A program made the translations under genes and the position numbers. Positions 1 through 9,914 of a DNA stretch of 43,448 nucleotides are shown here, one piece after another. The DNA is taken from the NCBI GenBank assembly GCA_041579395.1, contig JBFGFW010000001.1, positions 1 to 43,448 of the forward strand. Reading direction: 5' to 3'. Positions within the stretch are counted from its first letter, which is position 1, and every line of letters begins with the position of its first letter. This stretch comes from Sulfitobacter sp. Its GTDB lineage: Bacteria > Pseudomonadota > Alphaproteobacteria > Rhodobacterales > Rhodobacteraceae. The notes under the pieces are model-generated. The model was not told the DNA's origin. It made no database searches and saw only the letters and a list, made by a program, of their open reading frames with translations.

Positions 1-93
1 CAGCTTGGCGATGTCACGCCTTGGTGAATTCAATTTCAGGCTTGGCGGCGGGCACCGATGTTTCTAGCGTTGACCAAGACAAAGGACGTTCCC

Positions 94-1002
94 ATGCATG
101 ATCACGTGACCACCCACCAAGCCGAAGAAGATACGCGCAACGATCGGATCCTGATCTATCTAAACGGGCAGATTGTTCCGAAAGCGCAGGCAATGGTCAG
201 CGTTTACGACAGCGGCTTCATGCTGGGCGACGGCATTTGGGAAGGGCTGCGCCTGTATGACGGGCAATGGGCCTTCATAGATGAGCATTTCGGCAGATTG
301 TTCGAGGCCGCGAAAGCCATAGATATTGACATCGGTATGACGCGTGACTCATTGATTGCAGCTTTGTTAGAGACGCAAAAGGCAAATGAGATGACAACGG
401 ACGCCCACGCGCGCCTGATGATCACACGCGGCGTCAAGACACGCCCGTTTCAGCACCCGTCGCTGTCACGATCCGGGCCGACCATCACGATTATCATGGA
501 ACATTCCCGTCCAAAAATCCCCCGGCCAATCCGGCTGGCGACGGTACCGCATCTGCGCGGACTGCCGATGACCCAAGACCCGAAACTGAACAGCCATTCC
601 AAACTGAACTGTATTCTGGCCTGCATTGCTGCAGAAAAGGCGGGCGCGGACGAGGCGCTGATGCTGGACATCAACGGGTTCGTGAACACCACCAATGCCT
701 GTAACTTCTTCATCGTGCGCAAGGGTGCGGTTTGGACCAGCACGGGTGATTACTGTATGAATGGGATCACCCGGCAAAAGGTGATTGATCTGTGCCGCGC
801 CAATGACATCCCCGTATTCGAGCGGAATTTTTCACTGGTCGATACCTATGGCGCGGACGAGGCATTTTTGACGGGCACGTTCGGCGCGCAAACGCCCGTG
901 GCGTCGATTGACGGTCGCGAGATCGGCAATGGTCAAATGGGGCCGGTGACTGCGCGCCTGCGTGAACTCTACAAGTCTCTGATAAAGCAGGAATGCGCCT
1001 GA
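94..1002 (+). CDS. Class IV PLP aminotransferase (branched-chain/D-amino-acid aminotransferase-like)
   Basis: Motifs DSGFMLGDGIWEGLR, GADEALMLD, GITRQ and ADEAFLTGT. ATG at 94 follows an AAAGGA RBS (ORF track opens at 58). Confidence 0.9.
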   Translation: MHDHVTTHQAEEDTRNDRILIYLNGQIVPKAQAMVSVYDSGFMLGDGIWEGLRLYDGQWAFIDEHFGRLFEAAKAIDIDIGMTRDSLIAALLETQKANEMTTDAHARLMITRGVKTRPFQHPSLSRSGPTITIIMEHSRPKIPRPIRLATVPHLRGLPMTQDPKLNSHSKLNCILACIAAEKAGADEALMLDINGFVNTTNACNFFIVRKGAVWTSTGDYCMNGITRQKVIDLCRANDIPVFERNFSLVDTYGADEAFLTGTFGAQTPVASIDGREIGNGQMGPVTARLRELYKSLIKQECA

Positions 1003-1694
1003 TGCGTATCGCAATGTGGTCCGGCCCGCGCAATCTGAGCACGGCAATGATGTACAGCTTTGGCAATCGGCGTGATTTTGCGGTGATGGACGAGCCGTTC
1101 TATGCTGCCTATCTGGCCGGAACTGGCGATGACCACCCGATGCGCAACGAGATTCTGGCCAAACACGAAACGGACCCGACAAAAGTCGCCCAGATGTGCC
1201 AACAAGACGGCACGCCGCACTTGTATATGAAGCATATGCCGCATCACATGCTAAACGGTTTTCCGATGGATTGGGCCAGGGAATGCGTGAACATTCACCT
1301 GATCCGCCATCCGGCGCGCGTGATTGCAAGTTATACCGCCAAACGCGAACAGCCGACATTCGACGATATCGGCTTTCGCCAGCAGGCCGCGCTTTTTGAC
1401 CAGATTGGCGGGCTGGTGATTGACAGCGCAGACATCCGCGCCGACCCTGAAACGATGCTGCGCAAGCTGTGCGCGGCGATCGACCTTCCTTTTGATCCGG
1501 ACATGCTGGCATGGCAAGCAGGTGCCCGTCCCGAAGACGGGGTTTGGGGAAAACACTGGTATGGTGCTGTACACGAAAGCACGGGCTTTGCCGGTGCAGA
1601 AGGGGAATTGCCACGGTTGTCAGGATCAGATCTGATGCTGTTGGAGCAAGCGTTACCCTTTTACAATTCGCTGTCTATTCAAAGACTTAAGTAA
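1002..1694 (+). CDS. Sulfotransferase-like P-loop protein (aminotransferase-associated family)
   Basis: N-terminal MWSGPRNLST PAPS/P-loop-like motif, plus DEPFY, KHM and LIRHP. ATG overlaps the upstream TGA (TGATG). Confidence 0.75.
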   Translation: MRIAMWSGPRNLSTAMMYSFGNRRDFAVMDEPFYAAYLAGTGDDHPMRNEILAKHETDPTKVAQMCQQDGTPHLYMKHMPHHMLNGFPMDWARECVNIHLIRHPARVIASYTAKREQPTFDDIGFRQQAALFDQIGGLVIDSADIRADPETMLRKLCAAIDLPFDPDMLAWQAGARPEDGVWGKHWYGAVHESTGFAGAEGELPRLSGSDLMLLEQALPFYNSLSIQRLK

Positions 1695-1778
1695 TTATTT
1701 TTCAGTAGGCTGCGAATTCCTGAAACTAAGACGATGATCCCCTCGTGACTTTCATACAGTCTTAACAGGAGATCCAAA

Positions 1779-2192
1779 ATGAAGCTTTTCACAACAACTG
1801 CCTTTGCCGTTGCAATCGCAGCAGGTTCCGCATTTGCCGCCGCCCACAGCACGCCCATGGTCGAAGCCATGGATCAGGACGTGTCAAACGGCGTTGTCAG
1901 CGCTGACAAGGTCATGGCCCCCGCAAACGGTTGGATGGTTGTCCATCGGACAGATGCCGAGATGAAGCCAGGCCCCGTGGTCGGCTATGCGCCTTTGCGC
2001 GAAGGCGAAAACATCGACGTTGCTGCGATCTTGCAGGAAGAAGTGAAACCCGGAGATATGCTGATGCTGATGGTGCACGCCGAAGATGGCGGCATGAATA
2101 TGGGTGGCTTTGAATACACCTTGGGTGCGAAAGAAGACGGCCCAATCAAACCCGACGGCAAGCTGGTGATGGCAGTTATCACGGCAAAGTAA
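1779..2192 (+). CDS. Exported Met-rich hypothetical protein (DUF7282-like)
   Basis: Sec signal peptide ending AFA, RBS AGGAG, and GWMVVH...PGPVVG...MVH pattern. Confidence 0.7.
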   Translation: MKLFTTTAFAVAIAAGSAFAAAHSTPMVEAMDQDVSNGVVSADKVMAPANGWMVVHRTDAEMKPGPVVGYAPLREGENIDVAAILQEEVKPGDMLMLMVHAEDGGMNMGGFEYTLGAKEDGPIKPDGKLVMAVITAK

Positions 2193-2210
2193 GCCAGACT
2201 GACCAACACG

Positions 2211-2246
2211 AAAGGCCCGGACAGCTCCCCCTGTCCGGGCCTTTTT
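2211..2246. terminator. Bidirectional intrinsic terminator
   Basis: 14-bp perfect stem AAAGGCCCGGACAG/CTGTCCGGGCCTTT with A and T tails, lying between convergent genes. Confidence 0.85.
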
Positions 2247-2251
2247 CGATT

Positions 2252-3478
2252 CTAGCTTTTGCTATTAAGCCGCTTTTCGCGTGCCGCCAACAGTTTGAGG
2301 CGCAGCGCGTTCAGTTGAATAAAGCCAGCGGCGTCTTTTTGATCGTAGGCACCGGCGTCGTCTTCGAACGTCACATGCGCTTCGGAATAAAGACTGTGTT
2401 CGGACCAACGGCCCACGGTGCGCGCATGGCCTTTGTACAGCTTCAGCCGCACGGTGCCCGTCACATGGGTTTGCGACGCGTCAATCGCGGCCTGCAGCAT
2501 CGTGCGTTCGGGGCTGAACCAGAAACCGTTGTAAATCAGTTCGGCATAGCGCGGCATCAGTTCGTCTTTCAAATGCATCGCACCGCGGTCCAGAGTGATC
2601 GATTCGATGCCGCGGTGGGCCTCAAGCAAAAGCGTGCCGCCCGGCGTTTCATAGATGCCGCGCGATTTCATCCCGACAAAGCGGCCTTCGACGAGATCAA
2701 GACGGCCACAGCCGTGTTTGCCACCCAGTTCGTTCAGCTTGGTCAAGATCGTGGCGGGCGACATCGCCTTGCCATCGATGCTGACCGCATCGCCGCGTTC
2801 AAACCCGATCTCGACATATTCGGGTGTTTCAGGCGCATCTTCTGGGGCGACGGTGCGCTGATAGACATACTCCGGCGCATCCACGGCCGGATCTTCCAGA
2901 ACCTTACCTTCGGACGATGTGTGCAACAGGTTCGCGTCAACGCTGAACGGTGCCTCGCCGCGTTTGTCTTTGGCGACAGGGATCTGGTGCTTTTCCGCGA
3001 ATTCCAGTAACTTGGTGCGGCTGGTCAGGTCCCATTCCCGCCACGGCGCTATCACCTTGATGTCGGGGTTCAGCGCATAGGCCGCCAGTTCAAACCGAAC
3101 CTGATCGTTGCCCTTGCCGGTGGCCCCATGCGCCACGGCGTCGGCACCGGTTTCGGCGGCGATCTCGACCAGACGTTTGGAAATCAATGGCCGCGCAATG
3201 GACGTGCCCAGCAAATACAGCCCTTCGTACACCGCATTGGCGCGGAACATCGGAAAGACGAAATCGCGAACGAATTCTTCGCGGACGTCTTCAACATAGA
3301 TCTGGGACGCACCCATCATCTCGGCTTTGGCGCGGGCGGGCTCAAGCTCTTCGCCTTGGCCGAGATCGGCGGTAAAGGTCACCACCTCGCATCCGTATTC
3401 AGTTTGCAGCCATTTCAGGATGATCGACGTATCAAGCCCGCCGGAATAGGCGAGCACAACTTTTTTAGGCGCAGACAT
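2252..3478 (-). CDS. argG: Argininosuccinate synthase
   Basis: [22 protein letters not shown] and [10 protein letters not shown]. Start MSAPKK follows an AAAGGA RBS. Confidence 0.97.
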   Translation of the reverse strand: MSAPKKVVLAYSGGLDTSIILKWLQTEYGCEVVTFTADLGQGEELEPARAKAEMMGASQIYVEDVREEFVRDFVFPMFRANAVYEGLYLLGTSIARPLISKRLVEIAAETGADAVAHGATGKGNDQVRFELAAYALNPDIKVIAPWREWDLTSRTKLLEFAEKHQIPVAKDKRGEAPFSVDANLLHTSSEGKVLEDPAVDAPEYVYQRTVAPEDAPETPEYVEIGFERGDAVSIDGKAMSPATILTKLNELGGKHGCGRLDLVEGRFVGMKSRGIYETPGGTLLLEAHRGIESITLDRGAMHLKDELMPRYAELIYNGFWFSPERTMLQAAIDASQTHVTGTVRLKLYKGHARTVGRWSEHSLYSEAHVTFEDDAGAYDQKDAAGFIQLNALRLKLLAAREKRLNSKS

Positions 3479-3603
3479 GATCTTTCCTTTGCGGTTTGCA
3501 TCGCGAGGTATCGGGTTTTCAGAGCGTGAGCAAGATTGAAGGCTGCGTTGACCGACAGGCGCGCGCACCCTATCCATGGGCATTCGTTAAAAAGGCCCCT
3601 TTC

Positions 3604-4836
3604 ATGACTGACAGCTTTCAAAATTTGGCGCGCGCCGCGACCAAGGCCATGCGCGCGGTGTTTCCCGAAACCCCGCTGATGCGCAACGAACACCTGTCAG
3701 AACGGTTTGGTGCCGACATCTGGCTGAAGCGCGAAGACCTGAGCCCGGTACGGTCGTACAAATTGCGCGGTGCGTTCAACGCGATGCGCAAGGTGATCCC
3801 GTCGCAGTCGGTATTTGTTTGCGCCAGTGCGGGCAATCACGCGCAGGGCGTGGCGTTCATGTGCAGCCATTTCGGCGTGCATGGTGTGATTTTCATGCCG
3901 GTAACAACGCCGCAGCAGAAAATTCAAAAGACCAAGATGTTTGGCGGGTCGCAAGTCGAGGTTCGGCTGGTCGGCGACTATTTCGATAAGACGCTTTCGG
4001 CGGCTCAGGCGTTTTGCGTGGAAGAGAGTGCCCATTTCCTGTCGCCGTTCGATGATGACGACGTAATCGAAGGCCAGGCATCGGTCGCGGTCGAGATTGA
4101 AGAACAATTGGGCCGCGCTCCTGATCACATCATCTTGCCCGTAGGTGGCGGCGGGCTCTCGTCTGGGATCTACAGCTATTTTGGGAAACGCTGCGCTTAT
4201 ACCTTTGTAGAGCCTAAAGGCGCGCCCAGCCTTGCCCGCGCGCTGACCGATGGTGCGCCGGTGGATATTTCACCAATCAACAGCTTTGTGGACGGTGCCG
4301 CGGTCGCCAAGATAGGCCAGCGCAATTTTTCCCGGCTCAAGAACGTTGATCCGCGAGACGTCATTGTCCTTTCTGAGGATCGGATTTGCGTGACGATCAT
4401 CGAGATGCTGAATGTCGAAGGCATCGTTCTAGAACCTGCGGGCGCGTTGTCGATTGAGGCACTGAGCGAAGTCGCGGACCAGATCAGAGGCAAGACCGTG
4501 GTCTGCGTGGCGTCCGGCGGGAATTTCGATTTTGAACGCTTGCCCGAGGTGAAAGAACGCGCACAGCGGTATTCCGGAATAAAAAAGTACTTCATTTTGC
4601 GGATGCCGCAGCGCCCCGGTGCACTGAAGGAGTTTCTGAATCTTCTGGGTCCAGATGATGATATCTGCCGGTTTGAATACCTCAAGAAATCAGCGCGAAA
4701 TTTCGGATCGGTGTTGATCGGTATCGAAACCCGAAGCCCCGAAAACTTTGGCCCTTTCCTGACCCAGCTGAACGATGCCGGGTTCACCTATACAGACATC
4801 ACGAATGATGAGACGCTTGCGCAGTTTGTGCTGTAG
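3604..4836 (+). CDS. ilvA: Threonine dehydratase, short form
   Basis: KREDLSPVRSYKLRGA PLP lysine motif, ASAGNHAQG, VGGGGL and one C-terminal regulatory domain (PQRPGAL). Confidence 0.95.
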   Translation: MTDSFQNLARAATKAMRAVFPETPLMRNEHLSERFGADIWLKREDLSPVRSYKLRGAFNAMRKVIPSQSVFVCASAGNHAQGVAFMCSHFGVHGVIFMPVTTPQQKIQKTKMFGGSQVEVRLVGDYFDKTLSAAQAFCVEESAHFLSPFDDDDVIEGQASVAVEIEEQLGRAPDHIILPVGGGGLSSGIYSYFGKRCAYTFVEPKGAPSLARALTDGAPVDISPINSFVDGAAVAKIGQRNFSRLKNVDPRDVIVLSEDRICVTIIEMLNVEGIVLEPAGALSIEALSEVADQIRGKTVVCVASGGNFDFERLPEVKERAQRYSGIKKYFILRMPQRPGALKEFLNLLGPDDDICRFEYLKKSARNFGSVLIGIETRSPENFGPFLTQLNDAGFTYTDITNDETLAQFVL

Positions 4837-4838
4837 CC

Positions 4839-5171
4839 TCAGTTGGCCAAAACGGTCGGCAATTCTGCCATGAATTTTGATTTCGAGATGTCATAGCTGG
4901 TTAAGATCGATGCCAGATCAACATGCGTCGAATCACCTTTGGCTGACACGCGTTCGCCTTGCTGGCAGGCATTTGAAAAAGCATCGAACCCCAAGTTCAT
5001 CGCGCTGCCCTTTAGGAAATGCAGGTCATCGCCCAGCGTTTCGGGGTTTGGCGCGGTGCGCAGACGGGAAATGACATCTTCCACCTCTTCGATGAAAAGG
5101 GCGATGATTTCATCAAAATTGCTCATTCCAACTTCGTCCCGAAGTATTCTTACCTGTTCCCAGTCGATCAT
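4839..5171 (-). CDS. Stand-alone Hpt (histidine phosphotransfer) protein
   Basis: LHFLKGSAMNLG phospho-His motif, 110 aa, AAAGGA RBS. Confidence 0.88.
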   Translation of the reverse strand: MIDWEQVRILRDEVGMSNFDEIIALFIEEVEDVISRLRTAPNPETLGDDLHFLKGSAMNLGFDAFSNACQQGERVSAKGDSTHVDLASILTSYDISKSKFMAELPTVLAN

Positions 5172-5256
5172 TGTGCGTTTCCTTTCAAGGCCCTTCCTAC
5201 CGGCCAACCCTTAACTTCAGGTGGCGCGAGAAGGCGATGTTCGCTTAATTTTAGGC

Positions 5257-5271
5257 TTCACCGGCTGTTAA
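5257..5271. promoter_or_regulatory. Putative CtrA box (TTCA-N7-TTAA)
   Basis: One mismatch to TTAA-N7-TTAA, in the divergent Hpt/PP2C intergenic region. Further TTAA half-sites at 5211, 5245 and 5283. Confidence 0.5.
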
Positions 5272-5321
5272 AGATCAGGCGGTTAAGGCGGTAGCATGAT
5301 CCAACAGATTGATATTTCCTG

Positions 5322-6593
5322 ATGCTGCCTTCGCGTTTTGTGCCTGATCCGGTTGACGCTGTTCAGCGCACGGGGGCGATGCAGTTGGTGATGGTCGTTG
5401 ATGACAGCAAACTGCAACGCCGTATCCTGGCGTCGTCGCTGAACCGGTGGGGGTTTGAAGTCATCGAAGCCGCCTCTGGGGGCGAGGCGATCGAGAAATG
5501 CAAGTCACGCCTTCCCGATCTGGTCATCAGCGACTGGATGATGCCCGGCATGAATGGTTTGCAATTTTGCCGTGCTTTTCGCGATCTGTCAGAGGGCAGC
5601 TACGGGTATTTCATCCTACTTACCTCAAAAAGCGAAAAGGCCGAGGTGGCGAAGGGTCTTGATAGCGGGGCCGATGATTTTCTGAGCAAACCGGTCGATG
5701 TTAATGAACTGCGCGCACGCATCGCCGCCGGGGAACGTATTTTGCAGATGCAGCGGGAACTGACGGAAAAGAACCGCATCATCACCGACACGCTGAACGA
5801 ATTGCAGCGCGTGTATGACTCGCTCGACAAGGATCTGCTAGAGGCGAAGAAGCTGCAGCAATCGCTGCTGCGCGACCGCACCCGCGAATTTGCAACGGGC
5901 ACCCTGTCGCTTATGCTGCGGTCCAGCGGGCATGTGGGTGGCGATCTGGTTGGATTTTTCGTAGTCAACGACACCAAACTGGGGCTGTTTGGCATCGACG
6001 TTTCAGGGCACGGCGTCAGTTCGGCCCTGATGACCGCGCGGCTGGCGGGTTATCTTTCCGCGGCTGCGCCGGACCAGAATGTGGCGCTGATCCGGCAACC
6101 CGATGGCAGCTATGCAATGCGCCCCCCCCACGAGGTGATTTCGGCGCTGAACGATCTGGTCCTGTCCGAAATGCAGACGGAGCATTATTTCACCCTTTTG
6201 CTGGCCGAGGTGGATCTGGAAACGGGGCGTGTGGTGATATCGCAGGCGGGTCATCCGCATCCGGTGGTGCAACGCCAGGATGGCCGGATCGAACAGATTG
6301 GCCTGGGCGGCTTTCCCGTCGGTTTGATTGCGCGCGTCGCATACGAGCAATTCACGCTGCAACTGGATCCGGGCGACCGTCTGCTGATACTGTCTGACGG
6401 GGTGACCGAATGCCCTGACCCTGCTGGTCAGATGTTGAACGAGGAAGGTTTGACCGACATGCTAAATAGATTGTGCGATGTCACAGGCCCCCCCTTGCTT
6501 GAGGCGCTGTTGTGGGAGCTTTCTGATTTCGCCGGAGATGTCGATTTTCCCGATGACGTTTCCGGCATTTTGTTTGAATTCAAGGGTCGCTAG
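5322..6593 (+). CDS. Response-regulator receiver + PP2C/SpoIIE phosphatase (RbaY/RsbU-like)
   Basis: REC domain (VVDD, DWMMP, KP), coiled linker, and PP2C motifs VGGD, DVSGHG, SDG and DD. Confidence 0.92.
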   Translation: MLPSRFVPDPVDAVQRTGAMQLVMVVDDSKLQRRILASSLNRWGFEVIEAASGGEAIEKCKSRLPDLVISDWMMPGMNGLQFCRAFRDLSEGSYGYFILLTSKSEKAEVAKGLDSGADDFLSKPVDVNELRARIAAGERILQMQRELTEKNRIITDTLNELQRVYDSLDKDLLEAKKLQQSLLRDRTREFATGTLSLMLRSSGHVGGDLVGFFVVNDTKLGLFGIDVSGHGVSSALMTARLAGYLSAAAPDQNVALIRQPDGSYAMRPPHEVISALNDLVLSEMQTEHYFTLLLAEVDLETGRVVISQAGHPHPVVQRQDGRIEQIGLGGFPVGLIARVAYEQFTLQLDPGDRLLILSDGVTECPDPAGQMLNEEGLTDMLNRLCDVTGPPLLEALLWELSDFAGDVDFPDDVSGILFEFKGR

Positions 6594-7027
6594 GATAGAT
6601 ACCCTTCAAGAAACATACGGTCCCCGTCGTTCCCGAGGGTCGCAAGCGCCTCTTGCGAGGACAGGACAACGGTGACGTGATCCGGCTCGGTCGGGTCGGC
6701 AATCTGCCGAACGGGGTGGGCGACGTAGATCTGGCACAGCTTTTCGGCCCAAAGGTCATATTCAGGCATGAACACGAACCGCCGAAATGCCCCAAGCCTG
6801 CGCGGGCGCGCGATCGTCCAGCCGATTTCCTCCAGCACTTCGCGGTAAAGGGCTTGAAGCGGTGATTCCCCCGGATCGATCCCGCCTCCCGGCAGTTGTA
6901 CATCCACTCTGGGGGTCATTTGCGCGGTCATCAAAAACCGCCCCTTTAGCGGTAAAATTGCATAAGCACCGGGCCGCAGCGTATAGTTTTTGTCCGTCAA
7001 TGGCGGTTGCCCGATCCGTCTCATCAT
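6590..7027 (-). CDS. Nudix hydrolase
   Basis: Nudix box PGGGIDPGESPLQALYREVLEEIG. Start at MMRRIG. Confidence 0.9.
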   Translation of the reverse strand: MMRRIGQPPLTDKNYTLRPGAYAILPLKGRFLMTAQMTPRVDVQLPGGGIDPGESPLQALYREVLEEIGWTIARPRRLGAFRRFVFMPEYDLWAEKLCQIYVAHPVRQIADPTEPDHVTVVLSSQEALATLGNDGDRMFLEGYLS

Positions 7028-7104
7028 GCGTGACCCCTTTTCGCGCGGCTTGTTGCCCTTATATAGACGCGGTATGCCAACCGTCTGCCGGTAAGGAAAG
7101 TCTA

Positions 7105-8091
7105 ATGACCCAAGGAACCAAAATCGCGTGGGACGACACCGTTCTGCCCTTTCAACTTGATGCTTCTGACATACGTGGCCGTGTTGCCCGGTTGGATGGC
7201 GTGCTTGAAGGGATCTTGCGCCAGCACGACTATCCCGAGAAAGTCGAGGCATTGGTCGCCGAGATGGCCGTGTTGACCGCGCTGATCGGGCAGACCATCA
7301 AACTGCGCTGGAAGCTGCAATTGCAGGTGCAGTCGAACGGTCCTGTGCGGATGATCGCCACTGATTACTATGGACCTACAGAAGAGGGTGAGCCGGCGCG
7401 CATCCGTGCCTACGCAAGCTATGATGCGGACCGCATTACGGATGCGCCCGCATTTGATCAGGTTGGCGAAGGCTACTTCGCGGTCATGATCGACCAAGGC
7501 CAGGGGATGACACCCTATCAGGGGATCACGCCGCTGACCGACACGTCTTTGTCGTCCTGTGCCGAATCGTATTTCGCGCAATCCGAACAATTGCCGACGC
7601 GGTTCCAACTGAGCTTTGGCAAATCGTCGACCCCGGATGAGGTTGAGCATTGGCGCGCGGGCGGTGTGATGTTGCAGCACATGCCCAAAGCGTCGCCTTT
7701 TGCTGCCTCGGGCGAGGGCAATGGCGAAATTCTGCGCGCAGACGATCTGGTGGATGGCGAAGAAGGTGAAAACTGGCGGCGCGCGAATGTGTTCCTGGAT
7801 ACCGTCGATGAACTTGAGTTGATCGGCCCTAGCCTTTCGCCGACCGACCTGCTGACCCGCCTGTTTCATCAGGAAAGCCCACGCGTTTTTGACACGCAGG
7901 CAGTCCGCTTTGGGTGCAGCTGTTCGGAAGATCGTGTTCGGCAAAGCCTGTCGATCTATTCGGCCAAGGACATCCAGAAGATGACGACAGACGAGGGCCG
8001 GGTGACAGCGGATTGTCAGTTCTGCGGTGCGCATTATGATCTGGACCCCAAGTCGGTCGGGTTCGAGGCAGAAACTGCAAGTGGTTCTTGA
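7105..8091 (+). CDS. hslO: Hsp33 redox-regulated chaperone
   Basis: YFAQSEQLPT, AGGVMLQ and Zn motif CSC...CQFC. RBS AAGGA before ATG 7105. Confidence 0.95.
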   Translation: MTQGTKIAWDDTVLPFQLDASDIRGRVARLDGVLEGILRQHDYPEKVEALVAEMAVLTALIGQTIKLRWKLQLQVQSNGPVRMIATDYYGPTEEGEPARIRAYASYDADRITDAPAFDQVGEGYFAVMIDQGQGMTPYQGITPLTDTSLSSCAESYFAQSEQLPTRFQLSFGKSSTPDEVEHWRAGGVMLQHMPKASPFAASGEGNGEILRADDLVDGEEGENWRRANVFLDTVDELELIGPSLSPTDLLTRLFHQESPRVFDTQAVRFGCSCSEDRVRQSLSIYSAKDIQKMTTDEGRVTADCQFCGAHYDLDPKSVGFEAETASGS

Positions 8092-8677
8092 TGATTTGAT
8101 CCGATTTCGGACGGCGCTGGCGCAAACCGGCGTCGCGTCGTCTGATTTCGATCTCAACAAGGATATCGCCTTGCCTGCGGACAGGAAATTGCGGCCGGCC
8201 GGTGTACTGGCCCCCATCATTGAAAAGAACGGACAACTTGAACTGATTCTGACCAAGCGGTCATCGGCGCTAAAGCATCATCCGGGCCAGATCGCCTTTC
8301 CGGGTGGTAAACAGGATGATGGTGATGCAGATGTTATTGCTGCCGCGCTGCGCGAAGCCCATGAAGAGATCGGACTGCCATCGGAGCTGGTTGAAGTGTT
8401 GGGTACTCTTCCGGCGCATGAAACCGTGACTAGTTTTCAGGTTACGCCGGTAATTGCCTTTGTCAGAGACACATTTACACCCGTTCCGGAACCCGGCGAA
8501 GTCGCCGAGGTGTTTACCGTGCCTCTGTCGCATGTGTTGAACCTCGACAATTATCTGGTGCAATCGCGCAGGTGGCGGGGAAATCTGCGTCATTATTACG
8601 TTGTTCCCTATGGACCCTATTACATCTGGGGTGCAACCGCGCGTATGCTGCGGGCATGGACCGAACGTATGATCTGA
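8081..8677 (+). CDS. CoA pyrophosphatase (NudL/PCD1 Nudix family)
   Basis: LTKRS..L..HPGQIAFPGG, AALREAHEEIG and IWGATA. GTG start overlapping the hslO end is inferred. Confidence 0.9.
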   Translation: MVLDDLIRFRTALAQTGVASSDFDLNKDIALPADRKLRPAGVLAPIIEKNGQLELILTKRSSALKHHPGQIAFPGGKQDDGDADVIAAALREAHEEIGLPSELVEVLGTLPAHETVTSFQVTPVIAFVRDTFTPVPEPGEVAEVFTVPLSHVLNLDNYLVQSRRWRGNLRHYYVVPYGPYYIWGATARMLRAWTERMI

Positions 8678-9837
8678 CCCTTCCCGCGAGCACCAGTTGG
8701 CTTGCCGACGCGGATGCCCAAGCCGTAAGCAACGCCCTGCAGGCCGGCGGCCATGCGCTGTATTTTGTAGGGGGATGTGTGCGAAATGCGCTGCTTGGCC
8801 TGCCCGATAGTGATGTGGATATGGCTACGGATGCGCTGCCTGAGCGGGTGATGGTTCTTGCCAAGCGCGCTGGGCTCAAGGCTATACCGACGGGGGTCGA
8901 GCACGGGACCGTCACCGTTGTCAGTGGCGGCAAAGGGTTCGAGGTGACAACCTTTCGGCGCGATGTGGAAACGGATGGGCGGCGTGCGGTCGTGGCGTTT
9001 TCCGACAACATCCATGACGATGCCCTGCGCCGCGATTTCACCATAAACGCGCTTTATGCCGATCCTGATGGTCGTGTGATCGATCCGCTGGAAGGGTTGC
9101 CGGATCTGCGCGCCCGCCATGTACGCTTTATCGAGGACGCCCATGCGCGCATCCGCGAGGATTATTTGCGCATCCTGCGCTATTTCCGGTTTTGCGCCTG
9201 GTATGCCGACCCTGTCACCGGGTTCGATTCCGATGCGTTGTCTGCAATCGCTGCCAATATTGACGGGTTAGAGGCACTTTCGGCGGAACGTGTTGGCGCT
9301 GAGATGCACAAGCTACTGGCCGCGCCAGACCCCGCACCGGCCCTCGCGGCGATGCGTCAAACGGGTGTATTGGGCGTCGTCTTGCCGGGTGCAGATGATC
9401 GCTGGTTGCCGATGATTGTTCACTTTGAGACGGGTTTGGGTGTTGCGCCGGATTGGCGCTGGCGTCTTGCCGCGTTGGGGGGCGACGACGTCGCGACCCG
9501 GTTACGCCTTAGCAAGGCGGATGCAAGGGCGCTGGATCAACTTCGCGCCGCAGCTTTCGGCGGGCAAAGCCTGTCCGAGATCGCCTATCGAGAAGGCACG
9601 GATATCGCCACGGGTGCTTTGTTGCTGCGCGCCTGCATCTCCGAAACCCCCCCCGATCCCGACGCGGTAGAGACGATTCATGCAGCGCGCCAAGCCGTCT
9701 TTCCGATCAAGGCCGCTGACCTGATGCCTGCGCTCAGCGGGCCCGCGTTAGGTGCGCGGCTGGACCAGCTCAAGGCGATTTGGATTGCATCGGATTTCAC
9801 CATTGACCGCGAAACACTGTTGAAAACGTCACGGTGA
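8656..9837 (+). CDS. cca: CCA tRNA nucleotidyltransferase
   Basis: VGGCVRN...DVD, RRDFTINA and EDYLRILRYFRF. Start uncertain. Confidence 0.9.
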   Translation: MDRTYDLTLPASTSWLADADAQAVSNALQAGGHALYFVGGCVRNALLGLPDSDVDMATDALPERVMVLAKRAGLKAIPTGVEHGTVTVVSGGKGFEVTTFRRDVETDGRRAVVAFSDNIHDDALRRDFTINALYADPDGRVIDPLEGLPDLRARHVRFIEDAHARIREDYLRILRYFRFCAWYADPVTGFDSDALSAIAANIDGLEALSAERVGAEMHKLLAAPDPAPALAAMRQTGVLGVVLPGADDRWLPMIVHFETGLGVAPDWRWRLAALGGDDVATRLRLSKADARALDQLRAAAFGGQSLSEIAYREGTDIATGALLLRACISETPPDPDAVETIHAARQAVFPIKAADLMPALSGPALGARLDQLKAIWIASDFTIDRETLLKTSR

Positions 9838-9914
9838 TCGACGGGCGGGTGGCTATTGGACCACCCCGGTCTGTATAAAGAAAGGGCACCCCCGCACCCC
9901 CCTATAGGCTCGCC

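Noticed and set aside
7102-8256. Long antisense ORF (384 aa) over hslO; similar ones lie over infB (27352-28311, 28333-29484), secA (35024-36013), pip (22326-23246) and the solute-binding protein (23324-24187)
   Set aside because: These are shadow ORFs typical of GC-rich codon bias opposite well-supported genes, and they have no recognisable motifs.
9860-9902. C-run tandem (GCACCCCC x2), a possible G-quadruplex or phase-variable tract
   Set aside because: The runs are short, in GC-rich DNA, with no further support.
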